Below are positions 9,820 to 20,548 of a stretch of DNA of 64,000 nt, piece after piece. This DNA comes from Candidatus Bathyarchaeia archaeon (GTDB lineage Archaea; Thermoproteota; Bathyarchaeia; Bathyarchaeales; Bathycorpusculaceae), in assembly GCA_049512075.1 (NCBI GenBank), contig JBEKXL010000002.1:32001-96000 (forward strand). Direction: 5' to 3'. The translations under genes and the position numbers were made by a program. Below the pieces are notes generated by a model. The model was not told the DNA's origin. It did no database searches and saw only the letters and a list, made by a program, of their open reading frames with translations. Numbering within the stretch: position 1 is the stretch's first letter; every line of letters starts with the position of its first letter.

Positions 9820-11028
9820 ATGTTGGTCGACACAATGAGCATTGAGGAATGTGGATTGGTTTCGCATTGGGAGCCCGTGGAGCGCTTGAAATTGATAAAA
9901 ACCTCTGGAATACGGCGTTTCTCCGCTTTGGCTCAAGAAATGCCCGTATGCTTCAATTTGAGCGTAGGCGAGCCCGATTTTTGCGTTCCCACACACGCAT
10001 TGGATGGCGGTTGGCGAGCCGTCAAGGAAGGCAGAACGCACTATGCGCCGACAAATGGCGTTCCTGAATTGCGGGATGCGTTAGCGCAAAAGGCAAACCG
10101 CGATTATGGGCTCAATTATGACCCAAATTGTGAGGTTCTGGTTACGGTGGGTGGGACACAGGCCATTTCCACAGCTCTGATGGGATTGTTGAACCCGGGC
10201 GACGAAGTGTTAATTCCTGATCCTGGGTTTGTCGTATATGAACCTGGTGTTTTGTTGGCGGGAGGGGTTCCTATTCATGTCCCCTTGCGTGAAGACAACG
10301 ATTTCAGGCCTTCTATGAATGATGTGACGTCACTCATCACGGACAGGTCACGTGTGATGATACTGAATTACCCGAATAATCCTACGGGCTCGGTTCTTTC
10401 CTATGATGAAGTCGCTGCGCTGTCGAAAATTGCTGTCGACTGTGACTTGGTTGTGATATCAGATGAAGTGTACGAAAAAATGGTTTACGACGGGGTGAAG
10501 CACTACTGCCTCGCAACGTTTCCTGGGATGCGTGAACGCACCTTGGTTATCAACTCTTTTTCGAAGACGTATGCCATGACTGGTCTTCGAGTTGGATGCG
10601 TGTACGGTCCGAGAGACCTTGTTTCGCCCCTTTGGCTGGTGAATCAATATACCGTTGCGTGTGTAGACACTTTTTCGCAATACGTTGCTTTGGCCGCGTT
10701 GAAAGGGCCGCAGGAGTGCGTCGAAGAAATGGTGAGGGAATTCGATAGAAGGCGTCACCTTGTCCATAAGAGGCTCAATGAAATCGAAGGTTTCAGGTGC
10801 CAGCTTCCTAAAGGTGCTTTCTACGCTTTTCCAAACATTAGAGGTTCAGGTCTCTCTTCGGAGCAGCTTGCAGAATTGCTCGTGAAAGAAGCTAGTGTTC
10901 TAACGGTTCCGGGCTCCTCTTTCGGTGCCTGCGGTGAAGGCTATCTCAGGTTGTCTTACGCCTCTGCCTATAAAGACCTGGAAGAGGCATTGGACAGGAT
11001 GGAAATGGCCCTTAGAAAACTTGGATAA
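9820..11028 (+). CDS. PLP-dependent aminotransferase class I/II (aspartate aminotransferase-like)
   Basis: GEPDF, NYPNNPTG, SDEVY, SFSKTYAMTGLRVG. Confidence 0.93.
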   Translation: MLVDTMSIEECGLVSHWEPVERLKLIKTSGIRRFSALAQEMPVCFNLSVGEPDFCVPTHALDGGWRAVKEGRTHYAPTNGVPELRDALAQKANRDYGLNYDPNCEVLVTVGGTQAISTALMGLLNPGDEVLIPDPGFVVYEPGVLLAGGVPIHVPLREDNDFRPSMNDVTSLITDRSRVMILNYPNNPTGSVLSYDEVAALSKIAVDCDLVVISDEVYEKMVYDGVKHYCLATFPGMRERTLVINSFSKTYAMTGLRVGCVYGPRDLVSPLWLVNQYTVACVDTFSQYVALAALKGPQECVEEMVREFDRRRHLVHKRLNEIEGFRCQLPKGAFYAFPNIRGSGLSSEQLAELLVKEASVLTVPGSSFGACGEGYLRLSYASAYKDLEEALDRMEMALRKLG

Positions 11029-11035
11029 GCTTTTG

Positions 11036-11869
11036 CTAGAGTTCTTCTGCGCTTTTCTTCAATTGTTCAAACAGCTCTGGCCTAAGGTCTCTTAGTGTGG
11101 GGACGAAGGCTTCGATGGCCCTTATGTCAGGATAGTTAACCTCACCCATGACAAAGTCATCCTCGTCGTACTTGGCTTGAACAAGAATTCTGCCGCTGGG
11201 CCCCACAAGCCTGCTGCCTCCCCAGAACTGCAGTCCGTCTTGAATTCCAGCTAGGTTCACGAATGCTAGGAAAGCCGTGTTTTCAATTGCCCTGGCCACC
11301 GTGAGCACTTCGAAGAACGATCGCCTGACTCCTGGTGAAGCAGAAATGCAGACGATCAACTCGGCCCCCTTGAGACGCGTTAGTCGAGTTACTTCCGGGA
11401 AATATATGTCATAGCATATGATGAGGCCCAGTTTTCCAAGCTCAGTGTCAAACACTGCCGTTTGATAGCCGGGGCGGAAGTATCTTTTCTCTTCAAAAAT
11501 GCTGTGTGTTGGAAGGTACATCTTGTGATATTTTCCGATAAAGCCTTCTGGGCCTATGAGAACGGCACTATTGTGGAGCGTGGCTTCTGTCTTGTCGCTT
11601 ATCTCTGGCATGCCAAAAACAAGGTGAATTTGGTTCTTCTTCGCCACATCTTCCATTATTTTTGTTGATGGGCCGGGTATTCTCTCTGCCAACTCGTAAA
11701 TCTCATCTCTGACAACATAGCCCGTAAGTGAAAGCTCCGGGAAAATAACCAGTTCTGCTCCCTGCTTCTTGGCCCTTGCCACGGTTTTCCTGATTTTCGT
11801 CAGGTTTTCTGCTTTGTCTGCTTGCTGGCAGCTTATCTGGGCGAGTGCGATCTTGAATACTTCCTTCAT
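11036..11869 (-). CDS. Carbon-nitrogen hydrolase (nitrilase family), probable glutaminase partner of NadE
   Basis: FPELSLTGY, YHKMYLP, ICYD (E-K-C triad). Confidence 0.9.
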   Translation of the reverse strand: MKEVFKIALAQISCQQADKAENLTKIRKTVARAKKQGAELVIFPELSLTGYVVRDEIYELAERIPGPSTKIMEDVAKKNQIHLVFGMPEISDKTEATLHNSAVLIGPEGFIGKYHKMYLPTHSIFEEKRYFRPGYQTAVFDTELGKLGLIICYDIYFPEVTRLTRLKGAELIVCISASPGVRRSFFEVLTVARAIENTAFLAFVNLAGIQDGLQFWGGSRLVGPSGRILVQAKYDEDDFVMGEVNYPDIRAIEAFVPTLRDLRPELFEQLKKSAEEL

Positions 11870-11884
11870 ATGTTATCCTCTCGT

Positions 11885-12727
11885 CTAAGGCGGATTTCGC
11901 TGGAGCCTAAAATCGGCTCCAACCGTTCGATATTGAAGCTTTGCCGTTAATAACATTCGCCTCTTATGTTCTGCGGATAGCCATTTACACTTGATCTCGT
12001 CGATTAAATGCTTCTCCATATGCAGCTGAGCTGCTATCTCCTCAGGTCTCATGAAACGTTCTAGTCCGAAAAGAATGAGGTCGAGTTGCTCGTATTTTAT
12101 GCCGAGCTCATTCTCTGCAAGTTGACCTGGCCATAAGGCTGGAGAAGACGGTTTCTCAACTATCGCCTCGGGAACCCCGATGTATTGAGCCAGTTTTCGG
12201 ACCTGTGTCTTGTACAAATCCATTATCGGCGAAATGTCGGCTGCAACATCTCCCCACTTGGTGAAGTAGCCCATCATCGTTTCCGACTTATCCGAGCTTC
12301 CACAGACGATTAAATGTAACCTGTTGGCGTAGTAGTATACGTAAATCATGCGCGTTCTCGCTTTTGCGTTGCCTTTGTTCAGCTTGTCGGTCCGGTCGAA
12401 GATAGGCGTTGAACGGTAGAAGGCTTCTAACGTAGGTGTGATGTCAACCGTTTCTGTTTTGAACCCAAACTCTTTAGCGACAAGCTCCGCATGTCTGACA
12501 TCTTCGGTTCTACGCGTCTCCTTCTCGAACAGCAAGAGCCCCAGAACGTTGTGGCCGCCCAGAGCTCGTGTCGAGAGGGCCGCTATGGTGCAACTGTCAA
12601 TGCCGCCTGAGAGTCCTAAAACCACGCCTTTGGCTTTGGATCTTTCAACATAATCTTTGATGAAACGGCAAACCCTTCTATCCACTTCTGGCCAGTCTAG
12701 GTTTAGAGCCTGAGCCGTCAGCTTCAA
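11885..12727 (-). CDS. nadE: NAD+ synthetase
   Basis: GLSGGIDS, NAKARTRM, GYFTKWGD, LYKTQV, KPSSPAL; TTG start at 12727 after GGTG. Confidence 0.95.
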   Translation of the reverse strand: MKLTAQALNLDWPEVDRRVCRFIKDYVERSKAKGVVLGLSGGIDSCTIAALSTRALGGHNVLGLLLFEKETRRTEDVRHAELVAKEFGFKTETVDITPTLEAFYRSTPIFDRTDKLNKGNAKARTRMIYVYYYANRLHLIVCGSSDKSETMMGYFTKWGDVAADISPIMDLYKTQVRKLAQYIGVPEAIVEKPSSPALWPGQLAENELGIKYEQLDLILFGLERFMRPEEIAAQLHMEKHLIDEIKCKWLSAEHKRRMLLTAKLQYRTVGADFRLQRNPP

Positions 12728-12820
12728 GCGGTGCACCTTCAACGTGTATGGTTGTAGGCAACTATTTAAGGACAAACGTAAATATGGGAGTAATAATATC
12801 GGGCTGAGCAGAAGGATCTG

Positions 12821-13090
12821 ATGATGGGAAGAAGAAGGAAAAAGGTCGTTCGCATTCCCAAGAAGCATTTGCCGAAACTCTTTTCTTGTCCCCGATGCGG
12901 GAAGGAATCTATCAGAGTCGAGATAATTCGGGACCAGGGACGTGCAATCGTGGCTTGTGGCAGTTGTGGTCTCAAGGATGAGTTTCCGGTCAAACCCGCG
13001 CAGGGCGAGATTGACGTTTACTGCATGTTTACTGACAAGGTTTACGGGGGTTCACGAACACCCTCTGCACCGGCGATTAAAGGTGCTTGA
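12821..13090 (+). CDS. elf1: Transcription elongation factor Elf1
   Basis: MGRRRKK, FSCPRCG...CGSCG Zn ribbon, IDVY. Confidence 0.9.
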   Translation: MMGRRRKKVVRIPKKHLPKLFSCPRCGKESIRVEIIRDQGRAIVACGSCGLKDEFPVKPAQGEIDVYCMFTDKVYGGSRTPSAPAIKGA

Positions 13091-13857
13091 TGAGGCCTGC
13101 TGATATGTTGGGAAATGTTGAGAAATACCTCCTTGACAAAATCGAGTCCGAAGGCTCAATACACATAACCCTCATAGATCCTGAAGAGGTAACTCCTCCT
13201 CAGGCTTCCAGAATCGTGAACAAGGCAAAACTGAGCGACACGTCGGCAATAATGATTGGCGGTTCAACGTTCGTTTCCTCAGCGCATCTTGATGACGTGG
13301 TCAAGGCTGTAAAACGCACCGTAAAGATACCGATAATCCTCTTTCCGAACAACGTGACGGGCATAAGCCGTTACGCCGATGCCATATGGTTCATGTCTCT
13401 CTTAAACTCTGTCGATCCATATTTCCTGATGGGAGCCCAAATTCTGGGTGCACCACTCGTCAAAAAGTTCGGTATAGAACCCATTCCCCTCGGATACCTG
13501 ATCGCCGGCGAAGGCGGTACGGCAGGCGTCGTGGGCAAGGCAATTCCAATCCCTTACAACAAGCCTGAACTCGCCGCGGCACATGCACTGGCTGGGCAGT
13601 ACCTCGGAATGCGCTTCATCTACTTGGAAGCTGGATCAGGAGCGAAGAACCCTGTTCCCCCCGACATGATTCGAGTTGTAAGACATTACGTTGACATTCC
13701 GACGATTGTGGGCGGAGGCATCAGATCGCGAGAACAAGCGCTAGCCGCCGCCTCGGCAGGCGCGGATATCATAGTCACGGGAAACGTCGTAGAAGAATCC
13801 GGCATGAGACGCCGAGTTTCAGAGATTATCGAGGGCATAAAACGCGGCAGAGCGTGA
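13087..13857 (+). CDS. Geranylgeranylglyceryl phosphate synthase
   Basis: HITLIDP, IMIGGS, YLEAGSGA, VGGGIR, ADIIVTG. Confidence 0.95.
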   Translation: MMRPADMLGNVEKYLLDKIESEGSIHITLIDPEEVTPPQASRIVNKAKLSDTSAIMIGGSTFVSSAHLDDVVKAVKRTVKIPIILFPNNVTGISRYADAIWFMSLLNSVDPYFLMGAQILGAPLVKKFGIEPIPLGYLIAGEGGTAGVVGKAIPIPYNKPELAAAHALAGQYLGMRFIYLEAGSGAKNPVPPDMIRVVRHYVDIPTIVGGGIRSREQALAAASAGADIIVTGNVVEESGMRRRVSEIIEGIKRGRA

Positions 13858-14174
13858 AAAGCCCTTTGACGGCTTTTGAAAACTACTTTAACGCTTTGAA
13901 AAAGCTTTGCGACGATCCGATATATGAAATATGGCCGGATTTTGAACCGCAGTACGATGAGCATGAATACTCATGGACAACGTTGCGAGGCTTAGGCGAG
14001 GTTTTGCTGTTGAATTGCGGTGTGTGCGACGGTCCGTCTGATATGAGGCATGCTCTGTGCAAAGATTGTGCCGAGACGAGAGGCAAACTCGCGAAAGAGG
14101 CATACCAAGAAGCCACTGGGCGTCCGAAGGAAAAATGGGTCACACTGTTTTTGTGTAGAATCCACACGGAATAG
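13854..14174 (+). CDS. Small Cys-rich hypothetical protein
   Basis: Overlaps GGGPS stop (GTGA); CxxC...CxxC motif. Confidence 0.65.
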   Translation: MKSPLTAFENYFNALKKLCDDPIYEIWPDFEPQYDEHEYSWTTLRGLGEVLLLNCGVCDGPSDMRHALCKDCAETRGKLAKEAYQEATGRPKEKWVTLFLCRIHTE

Positions 14175-14263
14175 ACCTCTCTAGACAGTTGCTTTTTGAC
14201 TTTTTTCTGTAGGAAAACAGAAATAGGCTTCTTTCAAACAGAAAGGTCTGCGAGGGGGAGAAC

Positions 14264-17200
14264 GTGGACGGGCAGATGAGCGAAGGTTACAAACAGTACG
14301 TAGAGTCATTGGAAGCCAAGCTTGAGCAGCTTTATGCAATCAGCAATGAGGCAAGACGAAAAGGACTCGATCCCTCGTTGAAGACCGAGTGCATAATTGC
14401 CAAGGACTTGGCCGATCTCGTGGAGGGACTTGTAGGGCCAAAAGGCGTTGCCCAGAGCATTCGGGATCTAAGCTCCAAGCTTCCTCGAGAGGAACTTGCC
14501 TTCAAAGTTACTGAAGAGATAATTTACGGCAAGTTTGGGCATTTGGAAGCCGAAGCCGCCGCTGAACAAGCCATACGAACGGCTCTGGCAATCTTCACGG
14601 AGGGACTGACCGCTGCTCCAATCCAGGGTGTAGCAAAAGTAAGCATCAAGACGAACAGCGATCATACGCGTTATCTTGCCATTTACTTCGCCGGGCCCAT
14701 ACGGTCAGCCGGCGGGACTGATCAGGCCTTGACGCTGGTCGTGGGAGACTTCGTTCGAAAGCAGCTGGGACTTGACCGTTACAAGCCGACTGAAGAGGAG
14801 ATATCAAGGTTCATTGAGGAACTGAGAGTCTACGAGCGGTCCGTGGCAGGTTTCCAATATCACATTCCAGACGATGAGCTGCGGAAAGCGCTGCAGTGGA
14901 TTCCCGTGGAAGTAACCGGCACCGAATCTGACCCTATTGAAGTTTCTTCTTACAGAAATCTTCCGCGCATAGAGACGAATCGTGTCAGGGGGGGAGCTCT
15001 CAGAGTCGTGAACGACGGCATTGTCGGAAGGGCTCAGAAGGTTCTGAACATTATTGGAAAGCTTGGTTTCCAAGGATGGGATTGGCTCCAAGAGCTTCAC
15101 GTCAAATCCGAAAAAAAATCTGCAGGTTTCATGGATGATGTTATCGCAGGCAGACCAGTATTCTCATTCCCATCTAGACGCGGCGGTTTCCGTTTGAGGT
15201 ATGGCAGGTCACGAAACACTGGGCTAACTGCCGTTGGTATAAGCCCGACAACAATGCTTGTGCTGCAAGGGTTTCTGGCGGCAGGAACCCAATTGAGGAT
15301 GGAGCTTCCTGGAAAAGGAGGAATCGCCATTCCAGTCGATGTATTGGAGGGCCCAGTGGTTCGTCTGAACGATGGATCTGTTTACCGAGTCACCAATGAA
15401 AGCTTCGGCGGGGTGAAAGACAAGATTGAGAAGATACTGTTCTTGGGCGACATCCTCATCAGTGTTGGAGATTTCCTATACAGTAGCAGACTGCTGGAGC
15501 CCTCGGGGTATGTTGAAGAATGGTGGGCTGAAGATGTCCAAAAAGCGATTATGGAAAAATACAGTGGAAACCTGGAAGACGCAGGCAAAGCCGCGAAAAT
15601 CCCTGCGGAGAAACTGAAGACTTTCCTAGAGGATCCGTTCACCAACAAGCCTGACATCGCAGAGGCCGTAGCCCTTGCATTCACTTTGAACGTGCCTCTG
15701 CATCCGGCTTTCACCTTCTTTTGGTCGAACCTCACCTCGGTTGACGACATCACATTGTTAAGAAAGTGGCTTCTCAGCTCCGAAGTCCAGACTGAAGATG
15801 GCGTTGTCTGCAGGATAACTGGAGACACAGACCCGACCGTCAAACATGCTTTAGAATTGATATACCTGCCCCACAGAGTGTCCGCCGGCAAGATCACCCT
15901 CGCTGATGAAGATGCACAAGCGCTTGCGCTTTGCTTAGGTTACACGTCTTCGTGCAGCATAGACCTGTCCTCGGCCAAATCCGTTCTGCAAGCGATTTGC
16001 ACGCTTTCAAGCGTCAAAATACGGGATAAGGCTCCAACCTTCGTAGGGGCTAGAATGGGAAGGCCGGAGAAAGCAAAGAGAAGGGAGATGAAACCGCTCG
16101 TTCATGTTCTCTTTCCGGTGGGTCTAGCGGGAGGCTCACAGCGAGACCTGGTTGAAGCTGCAAAACGGGCGCCAACGTTCGTGGAAGTCGTCAGGCGTAA
16201 GTGTCCCAACTGCAAGACCTTCGCCTTTCGCATCAAGTGCCCTGTCTGCGGAACAGAGACTATCCCCGAGAAAAGTTGCCCCAGATGCGGAAAGAGTCTG
16301 AGGGAAAATGAATGTCCAGTGTGCAAGGTTCCTGCCAAGCAGTTTCAGAAGCAGGTTATTAACTTCAAGGAATCGCTTGAAAGTACGTGTGGCTGCTTAG
16401 GCGTTTCGATGCCGAAGATCCTTAAGGGCGTCAAGGGTCTTACGAATGAGACGAAGACACCAGAGATACTTGAGAAGGGAGTACTGCGAGCAAAACACGA
16501 TCTGTCGGTCTACAAGGATGGGACAATCAGGTTCGATGCCACCAATGCACCGCTAACGCATTTCAAGCCTGGCGAAATCGGAGTTCCTGTTGAGAAGCTC
16601 AGGCAGATGGGATACACTTGCGACATTTTTGGCGCAAACTTGACGGATGAGAATCAAGTTTGCGAGTTGAAAATTCAGGACGTGGTTATTCCAATGACAG
16701 GTGCAGAATACTTTCTAGGAATAGCAAGCTTCATGGACGAACTCTTAACAAAGGTCTACGGACTCCCACATTACTACAACGTCAAACGTGAAGAGGACCT
16801 TGTGGGGCACGTCATCGTCGGTCTGGCCCCTCACACCTGCGTCGGCATCCTGGGACGTATCGTGGGCTTCACAAACCTAAGCGTCTGCTATGCTCATCCG
16901 GTTTGGCATTCTGCCAAGCGTAGGGACTGTGACGGCGACGAAGACACTCTGATGCTCGCGATGGACACTCTGCTCAACTTTTCACGCGAGTACCTGCCTG
17001 CCCAAATAGGCGGCATAATGGATGCTCCGTTGCTCCTGATTCCGGTTGTTAACACGAAAGAGGTGCAGAGACAGGCACACGACTTTGATGTTGCCCGCGC
17101 TTATCCACTCGAGTTCTACGAAAAAACATGGGAGAGAGTTGAGGCCAAACAGGTCAGTTCTCTCGTAGACCTTATCGGACATCGCCTCGGCACCGAGGCA

Positions 17201-17680
17201 CAGTTTGAGGGTTTCAACTACACAACTCCCGTGTCAAACATCAGCATGGGAAACCCCAGAAGCGCCTACAAACAGTTCAAAACGATGGTTGAAAAACTGA
17301 ACGGTCAACTTGAACTAGCAGATAAAATTGAGGCTGTAGACGCGAAGAAAGTGGCCTTGAAAGTCCTGACTAAACACTTCATGCGAGACATCGCTGGAAA
17401 CCTGCGGGCCTTCTCAACGCAAGGGTTCAGGTGCAAAGCGTGCAACAGGCACTTCCGACGCCTGCCGCTACGCGGCAAATGCCCCTCGTGCGGGGGACAA
17501 CTGAGTCTGACCGTCTACCGTGGCGGAATCGAGAAATACTTGGAAGCGGCTCAAAGCCTAGTTGATAGATACGATCTGCCCAAGTATTACACACAGAGAA
17601 TCGATCTCATTAAAGAAGAGATCAGAGCCCTGTTTGATAGCAAGAAACAAAAACAGATTTGTCTGACAGACTTTGCCTAA
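14264..17680 (+). CDS. polC: DNA polymerase D large subunit DP2
   Basis: AGPIRSAGGT, GGFRLRYGRSR, catalytic RRDCDGDED, Zn fingers, C-terminal PIP-like QICLTDF; no intein evident. Confidence 0.98.
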   Translation: MDGQMSEGYKQYVESLEAKLEQLYAISNEARRKGLDPSLKTECIIAKDLADLVEGLVGPKGVAQSIRDLSSKLPREELAFKVTEEIIYGKFGHLEAEAAAEQAIRTALAIFTEGLTAAPIQGVAKVSIKTNSDHTRYLAIYFAGPIRSAGGTDQALTLVVGDFVRKQLGLDRYKPTEEEISRFIEELRVYERSVAGFQYHIPDDELRKALQWIPVEVTGTESDPIEVSSYRNLPRIETNRVRGGALRVVNDGIVGRAQKVLNIIGKLGFQGWDWLQELHVKSEKKSAGFMDDVIAGRPVFSFPSRRGGFRLRYGRSRNTGLTAVGISPTTMLVLQGFLAAGTQLRMELPGKGGIAIPVDVLEGPVVRLNDGSVYRVTNESFGGVKDKIEKILFLGDILISVGDFLYSSRLLEPSGYVEEWWAEDVQKAIMEKYSGNLEDAGKAAKIPAEKLKTFLEDPFTNKPDIAEAVALAFTLNVPLHPAFTFFWSNLTSVDDITLLRKWLLSSEVQTEDGVVCRITGDTDPTVKHALELIYLPHRVSAGKITLADEDAQALALCLGYTSSCSIDLSSAKSVLQAICTLSSVKIRDKAPTFVGARMGRPEKAKRREMKPLVHVLFPVGLAGGSQRDLVEAAKRAPTFVEVVRRKCPNCKTFAFRIKCPVCGTETIPEKSCPRCGKSLRENECPVCKVPAKQFQKQVINFKESLESTCGCLGVSMPKILKGVKGLTNETKTPEILEKGVLRAKHDLSVYKDGTIRFDATNAPLTHFKPGEIGVPVEKLRQMGYTCDIFGANLTDENQVCELKIQDVVIPMTGAEYFLGIASFMDELLTKVYGLPHYYNVKREEDLVGHVIVGLAPHTCVGILGRIVGFTNLSVCYAHPVWHSAKRRDCDGDEDTLMLAMDTLLNFSREYLPAQIGGIMDAPLLLIPVVNTKEVQRQAHDFDVARAYPLEFYEKTWERVEAKQVSSLVDLIGHRLGTEAQFEGFNYTTPVSNISMGNPRSAYKQFKTMVEKLNGQLELADKIEAVDAKKVALKVLTKHFMRDIAGNLRAFSTQGFRCKACNRHFRRLPLRGKCPSCGGQLSLTVYRGGIEKYLEAAQSLVDRYDLPKYYTQRIDLIKEEIRALFDSKKQKQICLTDFA

Positions 17681-17723
17681 CAAGACTTTTCTACGCAGAG
17701 GGATACATTATCTGTGAACAGGC

Positions 17724-17996
17724 ATGTTGAAGGAGATTTACCATCCGAACGCTTACTTGACGAACCTAAGGAACGTACGCCTCGGGCTTAGGGCTCGAAC
17801 CAAGATAATTAACGCTCTGGAAAGAGGTTCAGGCGATGCGAAAACGATTGCAAAAGAAACTGCGATGCACTATGGCGTCGCCATGCACCATTTGAAGCTT
17901 CTTCAATCAGAGGGGATTGTACGGCGCGTAGGCGGAAAAAACGCTGTTTGGACGCTTACGGGAGCGGGACAGAAACGCCTCGTGAACACGGGCTAG
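17724..17996 (+). CDS. ArsR-like winged-helix protein
   Basis: RTKIINAL...IAKET...AMHHLKLLQSEGIVRR. Confidence 0.75.
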   Translation: MLKEIYHPNAYLTNLRNVRLGLRARTKIINALERGSGDAKTIAKETAMHYGVAMHHLKLLQSEGIVRRVGGKNAVWTLTGAGQKRLVNTG

Positions 17997-18280
17997 AATG
18001 TGCACGCGCATGGTGAACATCCGCACTTTGGACATTTATGGTTGTATTTTGCAACAGTGGCCCTCTCAAGATCCACCCCGGTAATGTTTGCAAGAGAAGC
18101 CAACCATGCGATAACATCAGCAAACTCTTTCTGCAACTCTTCTTTGTCGGTTCCGTTCAACGCTTCACCGAGTTCCTTAACTTCATCCACAAGCCAATCA
18201 TAGGTTCCGGCTACTCCACGCTCTGAGTCTCTGTGGAGGTACAGATTTCTCATCATCTCCTGAAACTCCCTAATGTGCAA
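17993..18280 (-). CDS. MazG-like nucleotide pyrophosphohydrolase
   Basis: WLVDEVKEL..A, EFADVIAWLASLAN, C-terminal CPKC. Confidence 0.88.
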   Translation of the reverse strand: MHIREFQEMMRNLYLHRDSERGVAGTYDWLVDEVKELGEALNGTDKEELQKEFADVIAWLASLANITGVDLERATVAKYNHKCPKCGCSPCACTF

Positions 18281-18391
18281 GTCTCCACCTCCCCTCTCTA
18301 TCTAGGAAAAGACGGGCAAAACCAAAGATGATCGCTTCGGTTGGCAAACGGGGGAATGGCTGCGTGTGCACATTTGAAAGCGCCGCGACAC

Positions 18392-19708
18392 TTAGCGAAT
18401 TCTTATGTACTTGTAGGCTTCTGTGGCGTCCTCGAAGCAGTAGTGCACTTTCTGGTATTCTTTTCTGAAAAGAGCAACGTCCGCACGCACCTTCTCCAAG
18501 GGTTCCTTGTCGATAATCACACGTTTGACGAACTCTGCAATCTCCACCATCTCACTCTCTTTCATTCCAAGCCTTGTAACTTCTGAAACGCCCATTCTTA
18601 TGCCGCCGGGGTGCATAAAGTGCCTTCCTTCTTTGATGTCGTATGGCAACAGGTTTCTGTTTATGATTATATTCGCCTTTTCCAGAGTCTCTTCGATCGT
18701 GCCACCCTCACCGAGTTTCACTATGTCTATGAGAATCACGTGTGACTGTGTGAACCCTTTGTGCTCGGCCAAAACGTTGAAGCCTCTCTCGTAAAGCGCC
18801 TGTGCCAAGGCCTTGGCGTTCTTGACTACCTGAGCCGCGTATTCATTTCCGAATTCAAGCATTTCAGCACATGCAACGGTCAGCCCTGCCACCGCGTGCA
18901 GATGATGATTGCTCACCATGCCTGGAAACGTTGCTCTTTTTATCTTCTCGGCGTTCTTCTCCCAAGACAGGATTCCACCATGCTGGGGTCCGAAGAATGT
19001 CTTGTGCGTGCTTAGACTCACAACGTCTGCGCCTTCTCTTAGAGGGTCTTGGAATTTGCCGCCGGCAATCAGTCCTGCCACGTGTGCTGCGTCGTAGCCT
19101 GCCGTGGCGCCTACGGAGTGGACGGTCTCAACCAGCTCCTTGACTGGGTGCGGAAATGGAAAGACGCTTGCCCCGAACATGACGAACTTCGGCGGCTTGC
19201 CCTTTGCAGTGAGTTCCTTAATTTTCTCCTTGGCCTTGTCCACATCTATGTTCAACTCCTTATAGTCCAACGGCAGATACTCCACGATTAAGCCTTTAAC
19301 AGCGCCCGCTGTGCCTCCCAGCTCCTTCTTGCCGGACGTTATGTGCCCGCCGCTTGGAATGGACAAGGCCAGCAGCGTGTCTCCCGGTTCAGTGAAGGCC
19401 GTGTAGACAGCCAGGTTTGCTACGACGCCTGAGATAGGCCTGACGTCCACAAATTCAGCGTTGAAAAGCTTCTTCATGAGTTCGATGCACTTAAACTCCA
19501 CTTGGTCAATGAAGCGGCAGCCTGCGTAAACCCTTTCTCCAGGCCAGCCTTCCGCGTAACGGTTCCCAAAATCCGTCATCAAAGTCTCCCGCACGGCTGG
19601 ACTCGGGATGTTCTCGCTTGCTATCAGTGGAATGCATTCTTGAAACCACTTGTGGTGCTGCTGAAGTAGGTCGAAAACGTGATTATACTCATCTCTAGGA
19701 GACGACAT
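18392..19708 (-). CDS. glyA: Serine hydroxymethyltransferase
   Basis: LIASEN, RYAEGWPGERVYAG, DAAHVAGLIAG, STHKTFFGPQHG. Confidence 0.97.
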   Translation of the reverse strand: MSSPRDEYNHVFDLLQQHHKWFQECIPLIASENIPSPAVRETLMTDFGNRYAEGWPGERVYAGCRFIDQVEFKCIELMKKLFNAEFVDVRPISGVVANLAVYTAFTEPGDTLLALSIPSGGHITSGKKELGGTAGAVKGLIVEYLPLDYKELNIDVDKAKEKIKELTAKGKPPKFVMFGASVFPFPHPVKELVETVHSVGATAGYDAAHVAGLIAGGKFQDPLREGADVVSLSTHKTFFGPQHGGILSWEKNAEKIKRATFPGMVSNHHLHAVAGLTVACAEMLEFGNEYAAQVVKNAKALAQALYERGFNVLAEHKGFTQSHVILIDIVKLGEGGTIEETLEKANIIINRNLLPYDIKEGRHFMHPGGIRMGVSEVTRLGMKESEMVEIAEFVKRVIIDKEPLEKVRADVALFRKEYQKVHYCFEDATEAYKYIRIR

Positions 19709-19826
19709 CTCGACACCTTGTTGCGCATGATTATCCACTCCTCAGAAATAAAAACTCTTTGAACCGACACAACATTAATAATGGAGAAACAACACAAATT
19801 AGACGGCAAACATAAGAGGATTGCTC

Positions 19827-20000
19827 ATGAGCAGCAAGAAGAAGAAGAAGAAAGACAAAAAGTCACCGATGCCCGCTGCAAGCGCAGGGCTGCTCAGGTT
19901 CTTTGAAGAGGAAACGGAGGGCATCAAGGTTAGACCAGAACTCTTGGTCGTTCTAGCAATCGTATTGATAGTTGTCGTAGCCTTAATGCATGCGGTCTAG
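19827..20000 (+). CDS. secG: Protein translocase subunit Sec61-beta/SecG (57 aa, below ORF-track cutoff)
   Basis: Translates MSSKKKKKKDKKSPMPAASAGLLRFFEEETEGIKVRPELLVVLAIVLIVVVALMHAV; AGL.RFF.E motif plus C-terminal TM. Confidence 0.92.
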   Translation: MSSKKKKKKDKKSPMPAASAGLLRFFEEETEGIKVRPELLVVLAIVLIVVVALMHAV

Positions 20001-20009
20001 ACGTGCTTC

Positions 20010-20297
20010 TCAGCGGTGAGAAGGCCCGTGTATTACTTCTATCCGTTGCACTGAATTAAGGTGCACGAATATCTCGCTTCTCTCCTCTCGGCTTGCGACC
20101 TGTGGTATAGGCTGAGCGATGGTTGCGCGCAGGATGACCGCCTCCGCGTCTGATAGCCATATCCCAGCGGGTTCACGTGTGACGGCGGCCAAGGTGCCCT
20201 CAAAACCGTAGGATGGATCCAGTATCACGCGTATCTGGTTCCCTACGTTCTTCTCGAGCATATGAAATATCGTTAAGGGCAGATCTTGCTCTGGCAT
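20010..20297 (-). CDS. Sm/Lsm-like small protein
   Basis: L.K.VG..IRV.L....FEGTL...L.DAE...IFV....V..I pattern of Sm fold. Confidence 0.55.
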   Translation of the reverse strand: MPEQDLPLTIFHMLEKNVGNQIRVILDPSYGFEGTLAAVTREPAGIWLSDAEAVILRATIAQPIPQVASREERSEIFVHLNSVQRIEVIHGPSHR

Positions 20298-20548
20298 TGT
20301 TTTCGCAAAACCCTGTAATAGACACTTACACAATAAAACAGTTCCTCTATAAATATGCGCTGTTCAGATAGCACTGCCAATTGCCCCAGACCCTCCGTGC
20401 TCCTGCCAAGTTCAAGTCGAAGCCAGCACTTAACACTGTCAACGATTTTTTGAGCGGTGCTTTCCCGTTATTATTTGGAGGCGCGGTTTCGCGACAGTTT
20501 AATATGCTTGGGCTTTTCTCTTAGGAAGGTCTCCGTAGGGGAATTTGA

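Noticed and set aside
14264-17680. Intein in DP2
   Set aside because: Length is normal and the KRRDCDGDED region is uninterrupted.
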